From an uncultured SAR86 cluster bacterium (GTDB taxonomy: Bacteria; Pseudomonadota; Gammaproteobacteria; Magnimaribacterales; AG-339-G14): a stretch of DNA of 64,000 nt. Position 1 is the first letter of the stretch; every line of letters begins with the position of its first letter. The notes beneath the pieces were generated by a model that saw only the letters and a list, made by a program, of their open reading frames with translations, was not told where the DNA came from and searched no databases. The DNA lies in contig CABZIF010000001.1 of the NCBI GenBank assembly GCA_902525735.1, positions 178,036-242,035 on the forward strand, given 5' to 3'. The translations under genes were made by a program, and so were the position numbers. This document shows positions 1 to 9,724 of this stretch, one piece after another.

Positions 1-1099
1 GAAAGAAAAGTTATTTTTTCTAGAGACCGACGGTAAAAAAAATATAATTAGCGAAAATGAAATCAATAATTTTCCTAGGGTTCAAAAAAGTTTTTTTTTA
101 ATATCTGATTTATTTAATTCATTTGAAATAAAACTTCCTGATACAAGTCTAGCAAATCAAAAAAAAGCTTTACCATTTCTCATAGAAGATCAATTAGTTG
201 ACGATGGTGAAAACTACTCAAAGTATTTGAACAACAAAGAGGGAATTTTGTTGTTAGCAAAAAAAAATAATTTGGAAGAACTTATCAAAAATATTGATTT
301 ATTTTCTACTTCGTCTTTGCAACCTATAGAAGCATCCTTTGAAGAAGATAAATTAATAATTATCAGAGATAAAGTAATCGTAGCTTTAAATAAAAAATGG
401 TATTGGTCGGGAAATTTAGAAATTTTTGAATCTTATTTGCCTCATCTAGAGGAATATTCAAAAAATCAGCCAATTCAATGTCATGTTTTAGAAAAAATTC
501 CTGAGTCTTTAAAAAGTAAAAATTTTTTAAAGTTTAAATTGCACAAAGATATCCAATCTCTTTGGAGTGAAAACATGCCTGATATTAAAAAAGAAATTAA
601 CATTTTAAAAGGAGTCTTTGAGCCTAAAATAGATTGGTTAAAGAAATTTAAAGAATGGAAAATTCTTTTTTATACTGGTGTAGCAGTTTATTCAATTTTT
701 CTACTTTCAGCTTTAATTCAAATTAGCGCTTTATCAATTTCAAATTATCAATTTAAAAATCAACTTTCTGGAATATTTAATGAAAAGTTTCCCAATGAAA
801 CTTTAAAAAATGACTTAATTTCTCAGGTAAATAATTTAGTAAATATAAATTCATTCACAAAAAAAAACTTAGATTTGCTGGAGCTTATAGCTAATGAAAT
901 TTCCATAATGGATAATATTAGTCTGATCTCAATTAATTCAGATTCAAATAAATTATCTATCGATGTAGAGGCCATTGATTACCAAGAAATTGAAAATTTG
1001 GTAAGGCTTATGGCTAATTCAGGTGTCGATATATCTATCGGTAGTTCGAGACGTTCAAATAACTTGCTTATAGGGGAGTTGGATGTTGAAAATTTTTAA
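1..1099 (+). CDS. gspL: Type II secretion protein GspL (5' end cut by window edge)
   Basis: The frame of ORF 227..1099 is open back to position 2 (KEKLFFLE...KALPFLIEDQLVDD, GspL-like motif); the G at position 1 may be the end of the ATG. Single TM followed by periplasmic domain; precedes gspM/N-like genes. Confidence 0.8.
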   Translation, partial: KEKLFFLETDGKKNIISENEINNFPRVQKSFFLISDLFNSFEIKLPDTSLANQKKALPFLIEDQLVDDGENYSKYLNNKEGILLLAKKNNLEELIKNIDLFSTSSLQPIEASFEEDKLIIIRDKVIVALNKKWYWSGNLEIFESYLPHLEEYSKNQPIQCHVLEKIPESLKSKNFLKFKLHKDIQSLWSENMPDIKKEINILKGVFEPKIDWLKKFKEWKILFYTGVAVYSIFLLSALIQISALSISNYQFKNQLSGIFNEKFPNETLKNDLISQVNNLVNINSFTKKNLDLLELIANEISIMDNISLISINSDSNKLSIDVEAIDYQEIENLVRLMANSGVDISIGSSRRSNNLLIGELDVENF

Positions 1100-1541
1100 A
1101 AATATGTTCAATATAAAACTCACAAGATTGCACCAAATAATTCTTTTTGGAACTTTCGTTTTTATAAGTTTTTACTTTTTAATTTCTATAATTTTTGCTT
1201 TAAATAAAAGTATTTATGATCTAAAAAAAGAAAATGAAATTACTATTAGCAGAATAGAATTTTTATCTTCAATAAAGGATCAAGAGATAATTTCAAGATC
1301 AAATTTTTCAAGTAATTTTGCATCTTCAATAAATACATCCGCATTGAATAAGAATCTTAAGATTGATCGTTCTTTACCATTGTCAGATGGCGAAATATCC
1401 ATTTGGATAAATGAATCTAATTTTGTTGATTTATTTAATTGGCTTTTAGAGATTAATAATAATAATGTTGAGATTACAAAAATGAATATAAGAAGAGTTT
1501 CCGGAGATACAGTTAGTGCTCAGTTAACTTTTAAATCTTAA
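1083..1541 (+). CDS. gspM: Type II secretion protein GspM
   Basis: N-terminal TM, coiled segment, C-terminal ISIWINESNFVDLFNWL ferredoxin-like domain; position after gspL. Confidence 0.75.
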   Translation: MLKIFKNMFNIKLTRLHQIILFGTFVFISFYFLISIIFALNKSIYDLKKENEITISRIEFLSSIKDQEIISRSNFSSNFASSINTSALNKNLKIDRSLPLSDGEISIWINESNFVDLFNWLLEINNNNVEITKMNIRRVSGDTVSAQLTFKS

Positions 1542-1545
1542 TCAA

Positions 1546-2271
1546 ATGAAATATTTTATTTTTTTTATTGTTTCCAGTCTTTTTATAACTCTCTTCGTAG
1601 TGACTATTAACTTGCCACTTAGTGTTATAAAACCGCTATTGTCTGAAAATTTTCCAGAGATAACTTATAGCAAAATTGAAGGAACTATCTGGTCAGGAGA
1701 AATTTCTGATTTATCTTTTGCTAATGAATATCTTGGAGATCTCAAAACCGAAACCGATTTGAGAAGCTTAGAATTTTATCTTAATGATAATGAAGTTCTA
1801 GTAGAGGGAAAGCTTAATTTAATTGGCACATTAATTGAGAGACGTATCAATCTTAGAGAAGTTAATTTTGAAATTGGATCTAGAAGGTTTTTACAAAGAA
1901 TACCTTCTATTTCCTCTTTCTCAGGCAATAACATCAATATGACTTTTGATATAGACGGTTGCTACGAAGCTTCAGGCAATCTTTTTGCTGACTTGGATAG
2001 GCGCGGGCTTTTGAATCAAGCAGTAACTACAGAAATGGAAGTTATCTTGGGATGCAAAGATAAAAAATTAATTGGTGATTTTTACAGCACACCAAATCAA
2101 GATATTTTGAAGGGAAATTTCAACGTGGACAATGAGTTAAACTATGTATTAGTAGCCAATTCGGCAATGGTTATATCAAAAATCTCAAAACTCATAACAA
2201 AGCCGCTGAGCCGTGCGCCTGACGTTAAAATTAAGGGAAATTTGTATAATTTTTTTTACGGAGATAATTAA
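1546..2271 (+). CDS. gspN: Type II secretion protein GspN
   Basis: N-terminal TM and EGTIWSG motif typical of GspN; position after gspM. Confidence 0.75.
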   Translation: MKYFIFFIVSSLFITLFVVTINLPLSVIKPLLSENFPEITYSKIEGTIWSGEISDLSFANEYLGDLKTETDLRSLEFYLNDNEVLVEGKLNLIGTLIERRINLREVNFEIGSRRFLQRIPSISSFSGNNINMTFDIDGCYEASGNLFADLDRRGLLNQAVTTEMEVILGCKDKKLIGDFYSTPNQDILKGNFNVDNELNYVLVANSAMVISKISKLITKPLSRAPDVKIKGNLYNFFYGDN

Positions 2272-3152
2272 TGCTCATTGGAAATAACCCGCTCAACGAG
2301 AAACCTGAATGGTTTAAAAAAAATATAGAGATTATCCCTCAATCTAAGCATGTTGAAGTTGAAAATAAAAAAATTAAATATTTCATTTGGGGCGATGAGT
2401 CTTTACCAAAATTAATTTTTCTCCATGGTTTTAATGCTCATAGTTATTGGTGGAGTCATATTGCTCCTTTTTTTAATACCAAATATTGTGTCGTTGCTTT
2501 GGATTTTAGTGGAATGGGAGAAAGCGAGCATCGAGAAGAATATTCTCAAGCGATGTATTCAAAAGAAATTAAAGCTGTTGTTGATGAGATGGAATGTACT
2601 AAACCAATTTGTTTAGCTCACAGCATGGGAGGAGCTATTGCAATGTTCAGCACGTCAATGTTTCCAGACCTTTTTTCTAAAATCATTTTGTTGGATTCGG
2701 TTGTAGTTTTGCCACCTGAAAAAGCAGAAATGATGAAATCTAGAAGACCAAAATCAAGAATGGAGATAGCTTCTGATTCAATCGATAATGCAATATCTCG
2801 ATTCAGATTAATGCCTCCTCAACCTTGTGCGCAAGAATATGTCTTAGAATATATTGCAAAAACATCCTATAGAGAAACGGAGCAAGGTTGGATATTAAAA
2901 TCTGATCCAAAAATTTCCAGCACATATAAATACAATGATTTGCATGAGATGATGATGAATCCAAAAACAGATCTTGAAATTATTTATGGTCAACTTAGCC
3001 AGGTATTCACCGCAGATGTTCTTGACTATATGAAATATGCAGGACAACTAGATGAAACTAAGATTCATAGATTAGAAGGAGCGATGCATCATTTGTTTTT
3101 AGATAGACCTTTGGAATTTAAAGATTTAGTTTTAAAAATTTTAGAAAATTAA
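2271..3152 (+). CDS. Alpha/beta hydrolase
   Basis: LHGF oxyanion motif, AHSMGG nucleophile elbow, C-terminal HH. Confidence 0.85.
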   Translation: MLIGNNPLNEKPEWFKKNIEIIPQSKHVEVENKKIKYFIWGDESLPKLIFLHGFNAHSYWWSHIAPFFNTKYCVVALDFSGMGESEHREEYSQAMYSKEIKAVVDEMECTKPICLAHSMGGAIAMFSTSMFPDLFSKIILLDSVVVLPPEKAEMMKSRRPKSRMEIASDSIDNAISRFRLMPPQPCAQEYVLEYIAKTSYRETEQGWILKSDPKISSTYKYNDLHEMMMNPKTDLEIIYGQLSQVFTADVLDYMKYAGQLDETKIHRLEGAMHHLFLDRPLEFKDLVLKILEN

Positions 3153-3155
3153 TAA

Positions 3156-4343
3156 ATGAGCGTAAACGGATATTGCGATCCTAAATTTATTGAATTAAGA
3201 GAGTATTTCGAAGAATCCATAAATTCAAAATTCGAACTTGGTGCAGCTATTTCCATTGAAATAGAAGGGGAAAGCGTTATTAATCTATGGGGTGGCTACC
3301 AGGATGCCAACAGAAGGCGCGCTTGGGAAGAAGACACTTTGTGCAATACTTTTTCTGTATCTAAAGCTATGACTTCTGCTTGCATTCTTAAACTAATAGA
3401 AGAAAGAAAAATTGATTTAAATGAAAAAGTATCTTTCTACTGGCCAGAATATGGTTGCAATGGGAAAGAAGATACTAAAATTATTGACCTACTAACTCAT
3501 AGAGCTGGAATGTTCGCTTTTGAAGATAATTTTACAATTACCAATGAAGACTGGACTAATTGGAACTTGTTTGTGACCAAATTAGCAAAACAAAAACCTT
3601 TTTACACCCCTGGCTCTGCCCAAAGCTATCATGCTTTAACCTTTGGCTTTCTCGTTGGGGAGGTTGTGAGAAGAGTAGATGGAAGATCTCTGGGTACCTA
3701 TTTCAAGGAGAAGATTGCAGATGCTTACAACATAGATTTTATATTCGGACTAAATAATGAGGACATCAAACGCACTTCGGACATTGTCATGTCAAAAATA
3801 AGATCACCAATTTTAGCAAAAGCTTTTTTTAGTATGCCTACTTGGCTTCTTCCAAAAAGGATCAGACCTGTTGTAAGTCTCCTAAAAGAAAGTGATTTTC
3901 AGAAAGCATTTTTTAATACGCAAACAGAAAAAAATTCTGTAAATAGCGACGCTTGGAAAAAAGCTGAGATTCCGGCTGCTAATGGATTTGCTTCAGCAAA
4001 AGGTATTTCAAGATTTTATAGCGTTTTGAGCGATTTGAATGACAACTCCTTTATTAAAAGGGAAACTCTTGAACAAGCTATTAAGGTCCATTCTTCCGGT
4101 CCGGATACAGTTTTATTAAATCTTCCAATTAAATTTGGACTTGGTTTCATGATAGAAAATCCATACTCCCCTATAGGACAAAATCCCGATCTTTTTGGTC
4201 ACTCAGGCGTTGGAGGTTCTGTTGGGTTTGCTGATAAAAAAAGAGGCATTGGATTTGGATTCATAAAGAATTATATGCACCCACCTGGAAAATTATTTAA
4301 ATCGGCTAATGATTTAACAAAGTTATTCTATTCAATTTTGTAG
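3156..4343 (+). CDS. Serine hydrolase, beta-lactamase/family VIII esterase-like
   Basis: FSVSK (SxxK), LLTHRAG, YHALTFG and FGHSG motifs. Confidence 0.85.
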   Translation: MSVNGYCDPKFIELREYFEESINSKFELGAAISIEIEGESVINLWGGYQDANRRRAWEEDTLCNTFSVSKAMTSACILKLIEERKIDLNEKVSFYWPEYGCNGKEDTKIIDLLTHRAGMFAFEDNFTITNEDWTNWNLFVTKLAKQKPFYTPGSAQSYHALTFGFLVGEVVRRVDGRSLGTYFKEKIADAYNIDFIFGLNNEDIKRTSDIVMSKIRSPILAKAFFSMPTWLLPKRIRPVVSLLKESDFQKAFFNTQTEKNSVNSDAWKKAEIPAANGFASAKGISRFYSVLSDLNDNSFIKRETLEQAIKVHSSGPDTVLLNLPIKFGLGFMIENPYSPIGQNPDLFGHSGVGGSVGFADKKRGIGFGFIKNYMHPPGKLFKSANDLTKLFYSIL

Positions 4344-4345
4344 AT

Positions 4346-5101
4346 ATGGTTTTAGAGCCTTTATTTTACGTTGTCGCTCTTCTTTCGGTATTTGTGCATG
4401 GAATGGGAAAGGCTGGATTTGGAATGGGCTTGCCTATTCTAGCAATTCCAATGATGTCTCTTTTCATCTCACCAATACAAGCATTATCAATATTGGTAAT
4501 TCCTTTAATATTTATGGATTTAATTACGATTCATAGATTTAAAGGATTATGGAATAAAGAAATTTTAAAGTTTATTATTCCTTTTTCTCTTCTAGGTATA
4601 GTAATTGGAACAATTACTTTTCAGTATCTCTCTGAGAATTCTTTAAGAGTTATATTAGGACTCATAGCGTTAGGATTTGGGTTAAATTATTTTTTGACAT
4701 CCATTCAAGAGGTAGCTTTTAATTCTTCAAAAAAAATTGGCAGTTTCTGGTCTATTCTTTCTGGATTTACTAGTTTTTCAATTCACTCTGGAGGTTTGCC
4801 AATAAGTTTTTATTTGTTACCCATGCGACTAGACAGAAGAATTTATGTTGCTACAACAGCTGTATTCTTTTTATCTTTAAATTTAATCAAATTAATCCCT
4901 TATGCGTATTTTGGACAAATTAATTTACAAAATTTTTATATCTCTGCCATCCTTCTTCCTTTGGCTCCACTTGGAGTATATTTTGGAGCCTATTTGACTA
5001 ATAAAGTTAGTCAGGATTTTTTTTATAATCTTAGTTATTTTTGTTTGATCCTTGCCGGATTAAAGTTGGTTTATGATGGAACAGGAGTATCATTATTTTA
5101 A
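4346..5101 (+). CDS. TauE/SafE family membrane transporter
   Basis: Multi-TM protein of 251 aa with GMGKAGFG and HSGGLP motifs. Confidence 0.8.
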   Translation: MVLEPLFYVVALLSVFVHGMGKAGFGMGLPILAIPMMSLFISPIQALSILVIPLIFMDLITIHRFKGLWNKEILKFIIPFSLLGIVIGTITFQYLSENSLRVILGLIALGFGLNYFLTSIQEVAFNSSKKIGSFWSILSGFTSFSIHSGGLPISFYLLPMRLDRRIYVATTAVFFLSLNLIKLIPYAYFGQINLQNFYISAILLPLAPLGVYFGAYLTNKVSQDFFYNLSYFCLILAGLKLVYDGTGVSLF

Positions 5102-5844
5102 TGACTAATTTAAGCGTTAATGTAAACAAAGTAGCACTCATAAGGAACTCCCGTAAGGGAGAAGTTCCTTGTATAGAAAATTTTTCTAGAATTTGTATTC
5201 AAAACGGAGCTAAAGGAATTACAGTTCACCCGAGACCAGATCTAAGACATATTCGTCCTTACGATCTTGAATTATTATTCAAGGTTACAAACGAACTAGA
5301 CGTGGAATTTAATATAGAAGGAAATCCATTTGAAGGAAGTTCAGGCGATTATCCAGGATTTATGAACTTGGTAGAAAATTTTACTCCTACACAATGCACT
5401 TTAGTTCCTGATGCAAGCGATCAATTAACTTCAGATCATGGATGGAATATTTTATCTGAAAAAAGAAGATTGACCCCAATCATTCGACAATTGAGCTCAC
5501 TTAAGATTAGAACAGTTCTTTTCATTGATCATGATATCGATCAACTTGAGGCTGCCAAGGAAATTGGAGTTGATCGGGTTGAAATTTATACTGGCCCATT
5601 TGCAAAAGCTTTTAAAGACAATGATTTGAAAGTTATTAATGACTACCAAGAAGCGATAGATTTTGCGAAAAGTATTAACCTAGAGCTTAATGCTGGCCAC
5701 GATTTGAGTTTGTTAAATTTAGAAAAATTCTTAAGTCTAGGGGATATTGAAGAAGTTTCAATCGGGCATGCTTTAGTCTCAGAAGCCTTGATTTCTGGGC
5801 TAAGTCACACTATAAAGAACTATATGAAACTTACAAAAAAATAA
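5101..5844 (+). CDS. pdxJ: Pyridoxine 5'-phosphate synthase
   Basis: LSVNVNKVALIRNSR, GITVHPRPDLRHI, NAGHDL, EVSIGHAL. Confidence 0.95.
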   Translation: MTNLSVNVNKVALIRNSRKGEVPCIENFSRICIQNGAKGITVHPRPDLRHIRPYDLELLFKVTNELDVEFNIEGNPFEGSSGDYPGFMNLVENFTPTQCTLVPDASDQLTSDHGWNILSEKRRLTPIIRQLSSLKIRTVLFIDHDIDQLEAAKEIGVDRVEIYTGPFAKAFKDNDLKVINDYQEAIDFAKSINLELNAGHDLSLLNLEKFLSLGDIEEVSIGHALVSEALISGLSHTIKNYMKLTKK

Positions 5845-5846
5845 TT

Positions 5847-6173
5847 ATGAGCACAGAAGAAAGAATTAAAAAACAAATTTCAGATAATTCAATCCTATTG
5901 TTTATGAAAGGATCTCCAGATAAGCCCCAATGTGGGTTTTCTCAGAGAGCTACTCAAATTCTCATGGCTTGTGGTAAAGAATTTTCTTTTGTTGATATTC
6001 TTAGTAACCAAGACATAAGAGAAACTTTGCCTTCAATATCGAACTGGCCAACTTTTCCACAACTTTTCATCAATGGAGAATTAATTGGTGGAAGCGATAT
6101 TATGATGGATATGTATCAAAGTGGAGAAATGCAAAAAGTTATAGACGAAGCGACAGAAGAGAGCTCAGATTAA
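5847..6173 (+). CDS. grxD: Monothiol glutaredoxin Grx4
   Basis: PQCGFS, WPTFPQL and GG motifs. Confidence 0.95.
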   Translation: MSTEERIKKQISDNSILLFMKGSPDKPQCGFSQRATQILMACGKEFSFVDILSNQDIRETLPSISNWPTFPQLFINGELIGGSDIMMDMYQSGEMQKVIDEATEESSD

Positions 6174-6884
6174 CTATTCTATTTTTTCATTTATAAATTC
6201 TATAGTTTTATTGATCTTTAAAAAGTAATATTCTTTTCCCCAATCGCCTAAAACATATCTAGTTCCGTATTTTTCTTGATGAATTTTTGGTCTATGAGTA
6301 TGACCATGAATTAAAATATCATTCTTAAATTTCTGAAAAATCTCGTTTACTGTCATTAGATTAACATCCATTATTTCGTATGCTTTATCCTTATTTTCAA
6401 CCTTACTAACTTCTCTAAGGCTTTGCGCTAATTCAATTCTTTCTGAAATTTCTTTTTTTAAAAAATCATTTTTCCATGTTTGATCTCTGACCACTGTTCG
6501 AAATGATTGATAATCTAAGTCGTCTGTACAGAGAGAATCTCCATGCATCAGAATGACTTTAAAATGATTGATTTTTATTGTTGTTGGATCATCTAATAAT
6601 ACTCCTCCAATTTCATGGCAAAATTTATCCCCAAGAAGAAAATCTCTATTACCATGCATCAAATAAATTTTTTTACCGAGGGACGCATATCTTTTTAGTT
6701 CAAACTTAACTTCTGCAATAAAATCATTTTCGTAGTCATCTCCTATCCAAGCCTCAAATAAATCTCCTAATATGTATAGAGAATCAACATTTGCTGCATG
6801 AGAAACAAGAAATTTTTTAAATGCTTTGGTTAATTCCGGTCTATTTTCTTGTAAATGTAAGTCAGAAATTAAGCACGCAGACAT
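6174..6884 (-). CDS. lpxH: UDP-2,3-diacylglucosamine diphosphatase
   Basis: ISDLHL, GDLFEAWIGDD, GNRDFL, HGHTHRP; canonical ppiB-lpxH/cysS synteny. Confidence 0.95.
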   Translation of the reverse strand: MSACLISDLHLQENRPELTKAFKKFLVSHAANVDSLYILGDLFEAWIGDDYENDFIAEVKFELKRYASLGKKIYLMHGNRDFLLGDKFCHEIGGVLLDDPTTIKINHFKVILMHGDSLCTDDLDYQSFRTVVRDQTWKNDFLKKEISERIELAQSLREVSKVENKDKAYEIMDVNLMTVNEIFQKFKNDILIHGHTHRPKIHQEKYGTRYVLGDWGKEYYFLKINKTIEFINEKIE

Positions 6885-7379
6885 TTATTTTTTTTCTACA
6901 CTGATTATGTAAACGTCTTCTATAGGAACATCTTGATGATATCCTGCATTAGCTGTTTCTACTTCAGCAATTTTATCAATGACTTCGAAGCCGCTGATCA
7001 CTTTTCCGAAAACTGCATAACCTCCCATCGAAGGATAGTCCAAAGACTTATTATCAGTTAGATTTATAAAAAATTGAGAAGTAGCAGAGTTTGGTTCACT
7101 TGTTCTTGCCATAGATAGCGTATATTTTTCATTTTTCAAGCCATTATCAGCTTCATTAACGATTGGCTCTTTAGTAGGTTTTTGTTGCATTCCAATTTCA
7201 AACCCTCCTCCTTGAATTACAAAACCTGGAATCACTCGATGAAAAAGAACGTTTTCAAAAAAGCCTTCTTCTGCATATTCAAGAAAATTTGCTGAAGTGA
7301 CTGGCGCTTGTTCAGGATAAAGTTCTATTTCAAAATTTCCCAAAGAAGTTGTTAAAGCTAAAATAATTATTTCATTCAT
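6885..7379 (-). CDS. ppiB: Cyclophilin-type peptidyl-prolyl isomerase
   Basis: FHRVIPGFVIQGGG, MARTSEPNSATSQFFIN; ATG at 7379 preferred over GTG at 7385. Confidence 0.9.
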   Translation of the reverse strand: MNEIIILALTTSLGNFEIELYPEQAPVTSANFLEYAEEGFFENVLFHRVIPGFVIQGGGFEIGMQQKPTKEPIVNEADNGLKNEKYTLSMARTSEPNSATSQFFINLTDNKSLDYPSMGGYAVFGKVISGFEVIDKIAEVETANAGYHQDVPIEDVYIISVEKK

Positions 7380-7417
7380 ATTCACGCAGTATAATACTTA
7401 TTAGACAATTTAGATAA

Positions 7418-8800
7418 ATGAAAATTTTTAATTCTCAATCAAGTCTCAAAGAAGAATTTAAGTCCATAAAAAAAGGAAAAATTAACATGTATGTTTGCGG
7501 TATGACAATTTATGATTTTTGTCACATCGGACATGCTAGAACTTTTTTTAGTTTTAATGTGATGGTAAATTTTTTTAAATTTTTGGGATATGAAGTTTAT
7601 TACGTAAGAAATATTACAGACATCGATGACAAAATAATCGAAAAAGCTAAAGAAGAACAAGTACCTTTCAATTTGATAACAGATAAATTTATTGAAGCTA
7701 TGAATGATGATTTCAAAGCTTTGGATATACAACCACCCAGTTTAGAACCCAAAGTGTCTGAACATATCGAAGATATTCTTAAAATGATCGAGAATTTGGA
7801 AGTTAATGATTTTGCCTACTCTAAAGAAGATTCAGATGTTTACTTTGACATAGAAAAGTTTCCTGATTATGGAAAACTCTCTAATAGAGTTCAAGATGAT
7901 TTAGATTCAGGTTCGAGAGTAGAAATTGATAAAAATAAAAAAAATCCAAATGATTTTGTTTTGTGGAAAAAAACAAATGCAGAACCATCGTGGAATTCAA
8001 AGTGGGGTCCTGGCAGGCCAGGGTGGCATATAGAATGTTCTGCAATGAGCAATAAATATTTGGGTGCAAATTTTGATATTCATGGCGGTGGTTTAGATTT
8101 AAAGTTTCCTCATCACGAAAATGAAATAGCTCAATCAGAATGTGCCAACAATTCTGATTTTGCAAATTATTGGATTCATGTTGCTCCTTTAAACGTAGAT
8201 GGAAAGAAAATGTCTAAGTCTCTTGGTAATTACCTCACCATTAGGGACTTTCTCAATGATTATCACCCAGAGGTCTTAAAGACCTTTTTTCTTTTAACTC
8301 ACTATAGAAAACCAATCAATTTCACAAATGATTCGATTAAGGAATCAAAAAATATTTTAGATAAATTATATGAATCTTTAAAAGATGTAAAAAAATTTAA
8401 TTCTTCAGAAGTTGATAAAAAGATTATCGATTCATTTAAATCTGCTCTTAAAGATGACTTCAACACTTCAAGGGCTCTTAAAATTCTTCAAAAAATCTCT
8501 CAAGGAATTAATTCAAACAAATCAGACAAAGAAGCGAAAGAAAAGCTTACAAATAGTCTGAAAGTTTTGGGAAATCTTTTGGGTATTTTAAATAATTCTT
8601 CTCAAGATTATTTTCAATATGATTCAAGTAAAAAAATATCTAACGAAGACATTGAATTGATGATCAAAGAAAGAAACCAAGCAAGACTTAATAAAGACTT
8701 TAAAAAAGCAGATTTGATTAGGGAAAAACTTTTTTCTCTAAATATTGCCTTAGAAGATGATGGCGAGAACACTATTTGGAAAAAACTAGTTCAAAAATAA
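7418..8800 (+). CDS. cysS: Cysteine--tRNA ligase
   Basis: HIGH, GRPGWHIECS and KMSKS motifs. Confidence 0.97.
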   Translation: MKIFNSQSSLKEEFKSIKKGKINMYVCGMTIYDFCHIGHARTFFSFNVMVNFFKFLGYEVYYVRNITDIDDKIIEKAKEEQVPFNLITDKFIEAMNDDFKALDIQPPSLEPKVSEHIEDILKMIENLEVNDFAYSKEDSDVYFDIEKFPDYGKLSNRVQDDLDSGSRVEIDKNKKNPNDFVLWKKTNAEPSWNSKWGPGRPGWHIECSAMSNKYLGANFDIHGGGLDLKFPHHENEIAQSECANNSDFANYWIHVAPLNVDGKKMSKSLGNYLTIRDFLNDYHPEVLKTFFLLTHYRKPINFTNDSIKESKNILDKLYESLKDVKKFNSSEVDKKIIDSFKSALKDDFNTSRALKILQKISQGINSNKSDKEAKEKLTNSLKVLGNLLGILNNSSQDYFQYDSSKKISNEDIELMIKERNQARLNKDFKKADLIREKLFSLNIALEDDGENTIWKKLVQK

Positions 8801-9721
8801 ACTTGCTTGATAGTAAAAAGTCCAGATGATAAGACCCAAACCTAAGAAAGGATAAATTAATTTTTTTATTCTATTTTGGTTTTCACCAAAAGTTATAAAA
8901 ATTACAAAAATTGCTGTAAAAAGACTCATTAAAAGAAAGTCTCTTTCGAATATCTTTGAATCTAAGATGACTTTTGTTGCAAAACCTATTATCGGAAAAA
9001 TTAAAACTAGGTTTAGGATATTAGATCCAATTATATTTCCAATAACCATATTGCCCTTTTTTCTTTTTAATGCAGAAAATGAAGCTGCCAACTCAGGCAA
9101 GCTTGTTCCAATAGCAACAAGGGTAAGTCCTATAACTGTATTAGACACTCCGAAAGCTAAAGCAAGATTTTTTCCACCATTAACTGTTAATTCTGATCCT
9201 GAAAGTAAGATAAATAGACTCAAGAGAATAAAAAAAATGTTTTTTCCTATTCCATCTTCTTCAGGATCATTTTCATCATTAGATTTCTGCCTAATTAGGT
9301 GGAGTACGAAAAGAATTAAGAAACAAACTAATATGAATGAATCACTTTTAGAGATTGAAAAATCAAAGATGACATAACCTGAAATTAAAACCGATAAGAT
9401 TAGTAAAAATATATCTCTTAAATTAATATCAAGAACTGACTTAGAAAGAAAAAAACAACTGAACCCAAAAATTAGACCAATATTTGCTATGTTTGAGCCA
9501 ATTGAATTTCCAACTGCTAATTCAGGTGAATCATTAATAATGGATGAAATACTTACAAACACTTCTGGAATAGAGGTTCCGAGAGCAACTACGGTTATTC
9601 CAAGAAACATATCATTTAATTTTAACTTAGCTCCTAGTTTTGACGTGTTGGAAACAAAATACTCCGCGCCAAGCACCAATAAACTTAGACCGGATATTAA
9701 AACTAGGAAATTTATTAACAT
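8786..9721 (-). CDS. Calcium/sodium antiporter (YrbG family)
   Basis: Two GTSxPE alpha-repeats and GNxIGSN motifs. Confidence 0.9.
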   Translation of the reverse strand: MLINFLVLISGLSLLVLGAEYFVSNTSKLGAKLKLNDMFLGITVVALGTSIPEVFVSISSIINDSPELAVGNSIGSNIANIGLIFGFSCFFLSKSVLDINLRDIFLLILSVLISGYVIFDFSISKSDSFILVCFLILFVLHLIRQKSNDENDPEEDGIGKNIFFILLSLFILLSGSELTVNGGKNLALAFGVSNTVIGLTLVAIGTSLPELAASFSALKRKKGNMVIGNIIGSNILNLVLIFPIIGFATKVILDSKIFERDFLLMSLFTAIFVIFITFGENQNRIKKLIYPFLGLGLIIWTFYYQASLFLN

Positions 9722-9724
9722 GTT

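Noticed and set aside
3156-4343. Beta-lactamase as a resistance gene
   Set aside because: No signal peptide, and the motifs fit family VIII esterases.
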